Made by a program: the position numbers and the translations under genes. A stretch of 27,050 nt of DNA from Bacteroidota bacterium (lineage in GTDB: Bacteria > Bacteroidota > Bacteroidia > Chitinophagales > LD1). Below the pieces are notes generated by a model, which did no database searches, had not been told where the DNA came from, and saw only the letters and a program-made list of their open reading frames with translations. Of this stretch, positions 8,615 to 15,879 are shown piece after piece (the stretch's first letter is position 1; every line of letters starts with the position of its first letter). The DNA lies in assembly GCA_018267435.1 (NCBI GenBank), contig JAFDYM010000431.1, forward strand, positions 1 to 27,050, read 5' to 3'.

Positions 8615-9322
8615 TTAATGTAATGCATAAGGAATAATGATATTAGCATGGATATTCTCTGGACTTTCAAGGTCGAAAACCCTTACAGGTAAAGGTTGGC
8701 TCCAACTCCATAAGCCCATATCTGAAATCCATACTTCTTTTCTTGTCTTTGCTCCATCGAGTGTTGTCAACAGGTTCCAGTTATCCCCTTGTTTTGCCTC
8801 TATTGCTATTTTCCCAGATGTGTTCTGTAATTCGGCAATTATTGTAAAAGTCATACCAGCGTTTGTTACATTCATCTCATATCCCAACTCTATAGTTCCT
8901 GTTGCGCCACCATCATTGCCCGGTGCGCGCTTGGCTATAAAAAGGGGAACTATATCATATGGGGATTCTTCACTATTATCAGTTAAGCTTAGCCTGCGCT
9001 GTTTTATGAAGGCCTGCACCATGCCGCGCCAATTTTTCGTGTCCTCAGTTGTAACAGGGCACAAATAAGTGTTTGAATTTGCCCCGGTTACATTAGATAA
9101 CCCCCAGTTTCTATATCCCATTCGGTCAGGCTCATTGGTATATCTAAGTTTTATTTCTCCATTTACCACTATAAGAATATCTGTCAATGTGTCCAAATCG
9201 CTTAGTTCCTCTTGATTTTTATCCGGCGGAAATGCTACTTCGATCGTCTGTGAGAATGGCATTACTTTCTCGGGTAGCAAGTCGGTTTTCTTTGGGTTGC
9301 TTATTGTTTCTTCATTTAGCAT
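8615..9322 (-). CDS. Orphan beta-rich protein inserted between gp36-like adaptor and portal; C-terminal module resembles the repeats of CDS 23500-25137
   Basis: Long ORF tightly packed in the operon. Likely start MLNEET at 9322, 10 nt after the upstream stop; the ORF-track start 9367 overlaps the upstream gene. Confidence 0.65.
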   Translation of the reverse strand: MLNEETISNPKKTDLLPEKVMPFSQTIEVAFPPDKNQEELSDLDTLTDILIVVNGEIKLRYTNEPDRMGYRNWGLSNVTGANSNTYLCPVTTEDTKNWRGMVQAFIKQRRLSLTDNSEESPYDIVPLFIAKRAPGNDGGATGTIELGYEMNVTNAGMTFTIIAELQNTSGKIAIEAKQGDNWNLLTTLDGAKTRKEVWISDMGLWSWSQPLPVRVFDLESPENIHANIIIPYALH

Positions 9323-9332
9323 AGTATCATTT

Positions 9333-9746
9333 TTACCAGCTATATCCATTTGCAGTGTTGCTGCCAAATATGCTGTTGTTGACTGTTGAGTTTATTGCTT
9401 GTAGTGCTGGCAGTACAGGGCTTATCTGCCCTTTGCGAACCATGTCTAGCCACTTAATGGCGGCATTGTACCTATCTAATCGTATCTGCGGTATGTTGCG
9501 CGGTGCGATGGCGCAGAACAGGTGATAAACCGCTATATCTACCATAAACATTTTTATAAGCGGGTTTCTATCATTGCCTGCGGCAGAAAAAATTGCCACT
9601 ACATCATAGCGCTCGCGCAGGTAACTTTCCATCTCGGCTTGTGCCTTGATTTCTACATCCATGCGCACATGGTTATTGTAACCCGTTAGGGCATCTAGCG
9701 CCTGCTCTTTTAGCTGCGCTTTATAATCATCTTCCAGTAAAAACAT
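9333..9746 (-). CDS. Head-tail adaptor, DUF1320 / Mu gp36-like
   Basis: 'AEMESYLRERYDV..IF', 'RNPLI..FMVDIAVYHL', 'RLDRYNAAIKWL..VRKG'. Confidence 0.88.
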   Translation of the reverse strand: MFLLEDDYKAQLKEQALDALTGYNNHVRMDVEIKAQAEMESYLRERYDVVAIFSAAGNDRNPLIKMFMVDIAVYHLFCAIAPRNIPQIRLDRYNAAIKWLDMVRKGQISPVLPALQAINSTVNNSIFGSNTANGYSW

Positions 9747-9757
9747 AGTGTATTTAT

Positions 9758-11338
9758 TTAGTAATTGTATTTTCTTTCTCGCTCGCCTATTATCGCGTCA
9801 AGAGTAACGTTTGGCTTGTGTAGCAGCATGTATATGGCTCCTTCGTCGGCATCGGGACTGTCATCGGGTGCGCGGCTGCCAGGCTCGGTAGCCAGTAGCT
9901 GCTCAATGGCAGTAGCAAAGTCGGGGGCGTTCATTTTTTCTTGGCTGTAAAAAACGCAGCCCCGCTCGTAGTAAGGCGCAGTGGCTTCTATGCGTTTATA
10001 CTTATCGGGCTTTTTGCGTCGGTCTTCTCTTATGGGCAACTGCAAGTTTCTTTCTCTTCCTACCTTATCTATTTCGCTCAGTATTATATCCTGCAAAAAG
10101 TTTGTTTCCATGTAGAAGTCGACGATTACATCATTTGGAATCGAGCTGTACAAATCGTATAGATAATTCACCATTACTTGTATATCGGTGCGGCGAACAA
10201 AAGCATCTATCAGGTGTAGTTCCTTGCCGCGCTTGCCCCAAAACTTTACCGCTTTAAAGTCGCTATGCTTTGTGTTTTTGAACGAAGGATCTACATATAC
10301 TACCAGTTTTTCGTATTCATGTAGCGGCAACATTTCTTTCCATTTTATCCATTCGTGCTTAAACACGGTGCCCTCTTCAATAGGGTTGTTCATATACTCG
10401 CGCTCCCAACTGCGCAATACAAGCATCTCCTTCTTTTCGTGCCAATAAGCATTGCTATATTTTTCTACCCAAGTGCTTTCTCCATGCTCATCAAGCGCAT
10501 TTACCTTTAAGTGATACCACCTATACTTTTCATCCTTCTTTGCCACCATCATATCGTGTAGATGTGCCAGTATGCTATGCTTGCTTATGCGGTTATTTAC
10601 GATCAGAAACCTTTCTCTACCTATATCCATGCAGCCCATCAAATCATCCAGCGCCCACTCCACAGCCTCGCGCACTAGCGATGGATTTTTGTTCAGCTTC
10701 TTGCTATCACAATCATCCATTATTATCAGGTCGGGGCGGTGCTCTTCGCTGCGTGTGCCGCGCGGGCTTTGCCCCATGCCTAGCGCATAGAAGGCGCAAC
10801 CCGTGCGTGTAACAAACTCGCCAAGCTTCCACCTATTGCTACTTACCTGCTTGCCATAGTCGTGTATAATGCGGCGGTTGCTGTGTAGCTGTGCTTGTAG
10901 GCCCGCCAAAAGGCGGATGGCTTTTTCTTGTGTTTGTCCTACCAGTATCATGCACTTCAGTTCGCCCAGTGCCATTAGCCAAAAGGGTATACCTATATCA
11001 GCATGCGTGCTTTTGGCCGAACCACGAAAGGCTTCGAATATGCCTTTGAAGTTTTTGTTGTTGCGCATGGCATTGGCTATGCTTACGTGGAACTCGGCCG
11101 TAGGCGCAGTAGCATACATAGGGAAGTAGTATTCAAAAAAGGCGGCATAATTATTCTGCAGGCGTTCAATGCGCGCCGTTTTTTCTTCACTGCTTTCTTT
11201 CAAATCTATTTCGGTGTGCTTGGCTATAGCTAGGCAAGCAAGTTCAAAGCTAGGTGGTAAATCTTTTTCACTCATAAGGTTTAAGGTGTGGCATTCTGTA
11301 AGGGAACACAATTGCATATAATGGACAATGGTGCTCAA
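9758..11338 (-). CDS. terL: Terminase large subunit (Mu gp28-like)
   Basis: Walker A-like 'FRGSAKST', 'RPDLIIMDD' Walker B, nuclease 'VYVDPS', 'DFKA' and C-terminal 'DDSPDADEG'. The true start may be the internal MSEKDLP. Confidence 0.9.
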   Translation of the reverse strand: MSTIVHYMQLCSLTECHTLNLMSEKDLPPSFELACLAIAKHTEIDLKESSEEKTARIERLQNNYAAFFEYYFPMYATAPTAEFHVSIANAMRNNKNFKGIFEAFRGSAKSTHADIGIPFWLMALGELKCMILVGQTQEKAIRLLAGLQAQLHSNRRIIHDYGKQVSSNRWKLGEFVTRTGCAFYALGMGQSPRGTRSEEHRPDLIIMDDCDSKKLNKNPSLVREAVEWALDDLMGCMDIGRERFLIVNNRISKHSILAHLHDMMVAKKDEKYRWYHLKVNALDEHGESTWVEKYSNAYWHEKKEMLVLRSWEREYMNNPIEEGTVFKHEWIKWKEMLPLHEYEKLVVYVDPSFKNTKHSDFKAVKFWGKRGKELHLIDAFVRRTDIQVMVNYLYDLYSSIPNDVIVDFYMETNFLQDIILSEIDKVGRERNLQLPIREDRRKKPDKYKRIEATAPYYERGCVFYSQEKMNAPDFATAIEQLLATEPGSRAPDDSPDADEGAIYMLLHKPNVTLDAIIGERERKYNY

Positions 11339-11353
11339 ATCTGTGGTGCTATA

Positions 11354-11387
11354 CCACTTCCTGTTTATAGGAGGGGGCAGGGGGTGG
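11354..11387. repeat. REP-like GC-rich hairpin element between terS and terL
   Basis: ccacttcctgtttataggagggggcagggggtgg: short stem plus GGAGGGG-GGGGGTG tail, like elements at 17206, 17818-17913 and 17931. Confidence 0.5.
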
Positions 11388-11413
11388 TTGAAAGGCTAAA
11401 AGAATTATTGTCC

Positions 11414-11845
11414 CTACTTCCCATCGCGCATCATTTGGCGCACGTATTCCATTTCGTATATCACTAGCTCGCGCGCTAGCTGTGGTTTTATTTTTACTAG
11501 GTAGTTGTTGAACTCTTCAAGCATATTCATTACAGCTCCGCTATCTATGCGGCGTTCTATTTTGTTTATACACTCGGCTAGCTTGGCTAGCGTGTTGGTT
11601 TCTTTTAGCGTAATGGCGCGTTGCTCGGTACTGGCTTCTTTCATTATGGCCTCGCTTTGTTCGTAGTACAACTGTATTAATGTTTTGGGTGAAAGGTTTT
11701 TTGCCGTGCGCAGTTTCATCCACTCATCATCGCGTATCCAGCCTTCTATGGTTAGCAGGTCTTCGTCTATATAGCGTGTTATATCAAGGGCGTCTAAACC
11801 CTGATCGGCGTATAGCGTACGCGCTAGTTCTTTGTTCCTATCCAT
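11414..11845 (-). CDS. terS: Terminase small subunit (DUF1804-like HTH protein)
   Basis: N-terminal HTH-like 'KELARTLYADQG...I.....LTIEGWIRDDEW' followed by a helical oligomerisation region; directly upstream of terL. Confidence 0.75.
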   Translation of the reverse strand: MDRNKELARTLYADQGLDALDITRYIDEDLLTIEGWIRDDEWMKLRTAKNLSPKTLIQLYYEQSEAIMKEASTEQRAITLKETNTLAKLAECINKIERRIDSGAVMNMLEEFNNYLVKIKPQLARELVIYEMEYVRQMMRDGK

Positions 11846-11913
11846 TATGTATTGTTTGAATTTGTTAGAAGCAGACTGCTTACACCAAGGCCCAGATTTG
11901 GGCTTTGGAAATG

Positions 11914-11946
11914 CAAAGGTCGCACATGTTTAACCACTTCTCCAAA
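11914..11946 (-). promoter_or_regulatory. Putative Bacteroidota sigma-A-type promoter for the packaging operon
   Basis: Minus strand reads TTTG (11946-11943), 21 nt, then GACCTTTG (11921-11914): one mismatch to TTTG-N19-21-TAnnTTTG. Confidence 0.5.
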
Positions 11947-11951
11947 TTCAA

Positions 11952-11988
11952 TTTCCCGCATGGGGGGTTGAACCCCCCATGCGGGAAA
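11952..11988. promoter_or_regulatory. 37-bp near-perfect palindrome centred at 11970 between the divergent promoters
   Basis: tttcccgcatggggggtt-g-aaccccccatgcgggaaa: 18-bp perfect arms around one base. Confidence 0.8.
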
Positions 11989-11993
11989 CCCGA

Positions 11994-12026
11994 TTTGCAA
12001 ATCGCCTTTCGATTGTTGTATCTTTG
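11994..12026 (+). promoter_or_regulatory. Bacteroidota sigma-A-type promoter for the head-tail operon
   Basis: TTTG (11994-11997), 21 nt, TATCTTTG (12019-12026): exact TTTG-N19-21-TAnnTTTG consensus. Confidence 0.7.
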
Positions 12027-12191
12027 CATCGTCAAACGGGTTTTCCGGGTACAACAGGGTAACATATACAGCCCTGTAATTATTCACTTAACAGATATAT
12101 ACTAATCAAGCCAAGCCTATCAATAGGCTTAGAGTTTAATGTTGTGCCAATGCGCAATAGGTATAATGCTGTGCCTTAAACATTCAATAAA

Positions 12192-13172
12192 GTGGCAAAC
12201 ACAAAAGCAGGAACTAAAAAATTTGTGCTTAGCACATCGGGCTTAAACAGCTATGGCTTTCGCATACTTACCGAGGGGGCCGACTTGGAACAATTCAAAA
12301 AAAATCCGGTAATGCTATTCAACCATAGCCGCGATAACGAAAGCTACACAGGCCCTGTGGGCCGATGGCTGAACATAGCTATAGATGGCGATACAATAAC
12401 CGCCGAAAGCGAATTCGACATGAACGATACAAAGGCTGTTGCTTTGGCCCATAAAGTAGAAAACGGCTTTCTGCGTGCTGCCAATTTCGGTATAAAAATA
12501 TTGGAGACCAGCGATGCTGCCGAGCTGATGCTGCCGGGCCAACTGTTGCCCACCGTTACTAAATGGAAGGCTGTAGAAGCCAGTGTGTGCGATATACCTA
12601 GCAACGATGATAGCCTGATACTATACAACATAAACGATGAACGCATTGAACTAACGCAGCAGGGCTTGGTAAATTTCTTTACCCCGCTGCATGCTACCAC
12701 CACTACCGATATGGAATTACTGCAACACCTAAACACCGCGCTTAACCTAAGCGCCGACGCCAAGCAAAGCGATGCACTTACCGCGCTACAACATGTAGCG
12801 AACGAACACAAAACACTGACCGCTGATAATCTACAACTAAAGGCCGAGAACGAGGCCTTGCACAACGAACTGGTAGATGGCCTGGTACAACTAGCCATAG
12901 AACAGAAGAAGATAAGCGCGCACCAAAAGCCCCTGTATGTTGAGCTGATGAAGAAAGACTTCGACAATACACGTAAGTTGATAGATGGCATAAAGCCTGC
13001 TATAAACCTGGCGCAAGCGGTGCACCAAAACTACCACGATACCGAAGACCGTAGCCTGTGGACACTGAACGATTACCGCCAGCGCGACCCCCGCGCACTT
13101 GAACAGATGCGCGTGCAACTACCCGCCAAGTTTCAACAACTGGTGGATGCCTTTGAACAGAGTATCAAATAA
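12192..13172 (+). CDS. Prohead protease (HK97/U35-like) fused to C-terminal scaffold (Mu gpI-like)
   Basis: 'NSYGFRILTEG', 'NPVMLFNH', 'PVGRW', 'GFLRAANFG', 'EASVCDIPSN', then a coiled-coil scaffold region ('LVQLAIEQKKI..QKPLY'). Confidence 0.85.
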   Translation: MANTKAGTKKFVLSTSGLNSYGFRILTEGADLEQFKKNPVMLFNHSRDNESYTGPVGRWLNIAIDGDTITAESEFDMNDTKAVALAHKVENGFLRAANFGIKILETSDAAELMLPGQLLPTVTKWKAVEASVCDIPSNDDSLILYNINDERIELTQQGLVNFFTPLHATTTTDMELLQHLNTALNLSADAKQSDALTALQHVANEHKTLTADNLQLKAENEALHNELVDGLVQLAIEQKKISAHQKPLYVELMKKDFDNTRKLIDGIKPAINLAQAVHQNYHDTEDRSLWTLNDYRQRDPRALEQMRVQLPAKFQQLVDAFEQSIK

Positions 13173-13200
13173 GCACGTGTGCAATGTTGTTCCGCAGTTA

Positions 13201-13319
13201 TCCCTTTGGGGTAGTGCTATTAATGCAAAGAATTTGTCAGCATTTTATTAGTCCCGTTAGGGATGATATGTTGGTAGAAATAACTGCGAAAAGAGCCTAG
13301 AATCCCGTTAGGGATGATA
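13201..13319. repeat. Short direct repeats with a 51-bp period
   Basis: tcccgttagggatgata identical at 13252-13268 and 13303-13319; degenerate tccctttggggtag at 13201. Confidence 0.75.
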
Positions 13320-13481
13320 CACGTTTCTCAGCTTCGGGGTCCAAGCTATGCATGAGACCCCAAAGCGACAGTCATAGTGTTTCTCCTAAATGGTATTAGC
13401 ATAACGATTTACAAACACGCGGTACGATAGGCTACGGCCTTAACTACAAACCTTTCTCTTTTTACATTAAACAAATTTTCA

Positions 13482-14546
13482 ATGAAAAACATTCTGTCTT
13501 TTCTTGCCACTATCCTTATGCTTGGTTTTATAGCATCTCCGCTATCGGCCACATTGCATTGTTCACCCAATGTAGCATTTGCGGGCCTGTTCTCGCTGTT
13601 AACTATTGCAGGGATAGTTGGCTTTTTTATAAACCCCACCACCAGCGGCATACATACCAACAGCCTATTGCAACAGGTATGGATAAACCAGCTAATGGAA
13701 AAGCTGTATGAAAATAGCGGCCACCTATTGCGCAGTTTAGATATGAGCGCATTTGTAAACTACAACACCATAAACCTAGGCGATGCAGGCGTAGACCCTG
13801 AAGTGTTAGTGAACAACAACACCTACCCTATTGATACGGTAGAACGCACTGATAGCACCTTGACCATAACGCTTGATAGATACCGCACCAAGAACACTAT
13901 AGTGCGCGATGCCGAAGCAGTGCAGCTAGCCTATAACAAACTAGAAAGTGTAATACGCGGCCACCGTAGCAAGATAGCCGAAACCGTATTGGCTAAGGCT
14001 ACACATGCCTGGGCACCTGCTGCCGATGGTGCATATACACCAGTGTTTGGTACAGGTGGCAACGACCGTGCCGATGGCAGCAACCGCAAGGCACTTGCTG
14101 TAAAAGACATAGCCAAGGCGCGTAGGTTGTTCGATAAACTAAAGGTGCCGCAAACTGGTCGCGTGTTGGTACTGTGCCCCGAGCACCAGGAGGACTTGAT
14201 AAATGCCGATGCGCAATTGTTCAAGGCATTTGCCAACCAACGCACCGGCGAGATATTACAGCTGTTCGGCTTTGATGTATACGTAAGCACATTGACCGCC
14301 ACCTACAATAGCACTACTGGTGCTAAGGTTAACTATGGGGCTACTGCCGCCAGTACCGATTCGCCTTCTTCACTCTTCTACCACGAAAATGAAGTGATGC
14401 GTGCCGATGGCGATACCGAAATGTTTTCGCGCCTGCGCGACCCTGAACAAGACGGCGACATAGTAGGCTTTAGCAAAAGGTTTATAGGCATACCTATCCG
14501 CAACAAATACATAGGTAGTATATACAGCACCGCAGTAGGCGAGTAA
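13482..14546 (+). CDS. Major capsid protein (Bacteroidota Mu-like) with a hydrophobic N-terminal extension
   Basis: Follows the protease/scaffold. 'QQVWINQLMEKLY', 'GVDPEVLVNNNTYPI', 'KVPQTGRVLVLCPEHQEDL', 'LFGFDVY' and 'DPEQDGDIVGF' fit an HK97-fold capsid of this family. Confidence 0.8.
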   Translation: MKNILSFLATILMLGFIASPLSATLHCSPNVAFAGLFSLLTIAGIVGFFINPTTSGIHTNSLLQQVWINQLMEKLYENSGHLLRSLDMSAFVNYNTINLGDAGVDPEVLVNNNTYPIDTVERTDSTLTITLDRYRTKNTIVRDAEAVQLAYNKLESVIRGHRSKIAETVLAKATHAWAPAADGAYTPVFGTGGNDRADGSNRKALAVKDIAKARRLFDKLKVPQTGRVLVLCPEHQEDLINADAQLFKAFANQRTGEILQLFGFDVYVSTLTATYNSTTGAKVNYGATAASTDSPSSLFYHENEVMRADGDTEMFSRLRDPEQDGDIVGFSKRFIGIPIRNKYIGSIYSTAVGE

Positions 14547-14678
14547 ACTTTCATTTCTGTTTTCATGAGTAGCTCCGCCTGCTAATAGGTGTGTCGTACA
14601 CGCTTATGCTTTGGCTGCTTGGCAATACAAGCATGGCAGGTGGAGCGAAATGAAAAACGCAAACATTAAATAGTAAAC

Positions 14679-14936
14679 ATGAAGCGCACCATTACATACC
14701 TAAGGCCATTAATAGAGGGCGAAGATGCAAAGCCATCGCTGCGCAGGTTGATAGCCATTGGCTTTTTGGTAGGCATGATAAGGTATGTAGAACATAGCAT
14801 GACGCAGCACTGCGAACCTAATAGCGAAACCCTGTGGGCATTCGGCAGCTTGATATGCATAATGCTAGGTATTACCACCATGCAAACCATAGTACAGCGC
14901 ATAAACAACAAAGCAAGCGATGCAGGAGAACCATAA
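14679..14936 (+). CDS. Small two-TM membrane protein, holin candidate
   Basis: Two hydrophobic segments and a charged C-terminus; upstream of a spanin-like gene. Confidence 0.5.
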   Translation: MKRTITYLRPLIEGEDAKPSLRRLIAIGFLVGMIRYVEHSMTQHCEPNSETLWAFGSLICIMLGITTMQTIVQRINNKASDAGEP

Positions 14937-14937
14937 C

Positions 14938-15117
14938 ATGATGAACGCCGAGCTTACCCTGCTATTTGCCACCATAAGCTGGGCGGGCAACCTATACAAC
15001 TGGCAGCAGCTAGATAGCAATATGATAGCCCCGCTTATGCACTTGGTGCAAATAGCCGCTGCTATAGTGGCCATAGCCATAGGGGTGCGCACCCTGCTGC
15101 GTAACGAGGGCAAGTAA
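14938..15117 (+). CDS. Small membrane protein, holin/antiholin candidate
   Basis: ATG 1 nt after the upstream stop; hydrophobic 'LMHLVQIAAAIVAIAIGVRTLL' followed by RNEGK. Confidence 0.45.
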   Translation: MMNAELTLLFATISWAGNLYNWQQLDSNMIAPLMHLVQIAAAIVAIAIGVRTLLRNEGK

Positions 15118-15157
15118 GTCACACCCATTTTTTCATAACCCAACCAACAACGCAAGT

Positions 15158-15670
15158 ATGAAACACATAACACTATACAGCAGTATGCTAGTGCTTACCT
15201 GCCTGGTACAAAGCTGCTGCAAGCAATACACCGCAGGGCTACAAACAAGCAGGCTGCAAAGCGATAGTACCATAGTAGTAGAACGCTTGCGTACCGATAC
15301 TATAACCATACCCGGTGATACTATAACCATAGAACTGCCTATATGGCAAAACTGTTCTACCAGCGCTAGCAATACAGCTAGGGTAATAACCGAGGTAAAA
15401 GGCAAGCGTAGCAAGGCCAGCGCCAAGCTAACTGCCGATGGCAAGCTGAGCATAACACTGAACTGCGACGAGTACCGCACTGCACTAATAGCGCGCGATA
15501 GCCTAATACGCCGCCTGCAAACCGATAAGCAAAGCAGTGTAGAAACCAAGGTGGTAGAGCGCAAATACATACCACAAATATTTTGGTACAGCATGGTGTT
15601 TAGCTGCTGTGTACTGGTGTGGTGGCTTGCCAAGTTGGTGCTATGGGCCTACAGCAAGTGGCCGATGTAA
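15158..15670 (+). CDS. Unimolecular spanin-like lipoprotein
   Basis: Lipobox-like 'LVQSC' (Cys20), beta-rich middle (DTITIPGDTITI) and C-terminal TM 'IFWYSMVFSCCVLVWWLAKLVLWAY'. Confidence 0.6.
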   Translation: MKHITLYSSMLVLTCLVQSCCKQYTAGLQTSRLQSDSTIVVERLRTDTITIPGDTITIELPIWQNCSTSASNTARVITEVKGKRSKASAKLTADGKLSITLNCDEYRTALIARDSLIRRLQTDKQSSVETKVVERKYIPQIFWYSMVFSCCVLVWWLAKLVLWAYSKWPM

Positions 15671-15688
15671 ATGATGTACTAAACGTCG

Positions 15689-15837
15689 CCTCGCTACCCT
15701 CTAACTCTACCGAGGCTTTGCTCGGTACTATAAGCCTAAAGGGAGAACCGCTCGACTTGAATGCTAAACCGTTCCGCGTCCCCTTAAGGGGAAAGTTTGT
15801 TGAACGACAGTGAATCAAGCGAGGGGTAGAACGGTTT
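15689..15837. repeat. Nested hairpin / REP-like region between spanin and sheath genes
   Basis: taccgag/ctcggta (15708-15727), ccccttaagggg (15780-15791), aaaccgttc/gaacggttt (15766-15837) and cctcgct/agcgagg (15689-15824). Confidence 0.55.
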
Positions 15838-15879
15838 GGCTTCCCAATTTTTTCATTCCTAAAAAACAATAGATAACCA

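Noticed and set aside
11845-12105. Short ORFs 11845-12087(-), 11880-12065(-) and 11905-12105(+)
   Set aside because: They overlap the symmetric promoter and palindrome and show no recognisable protein features; likely spurious.
13201-13319. Possible mini-CRISPR (identical repeats with a 34-bp spacer)
   Set aside because: The repeat is only 17 bp with two exact copies, and there are no cas genes or leader.
14938-14943. Holin dual-start motif (ATG ATG)
   Set aside because: Lacks the intervening basic residue of lambda S-type dual starts; insufficient evidence.
15619-15813. 64-aa ORF between spanin and sheath
   Set aside because: Overlaps the spanin end and reads through hairpin repeats; no motif.
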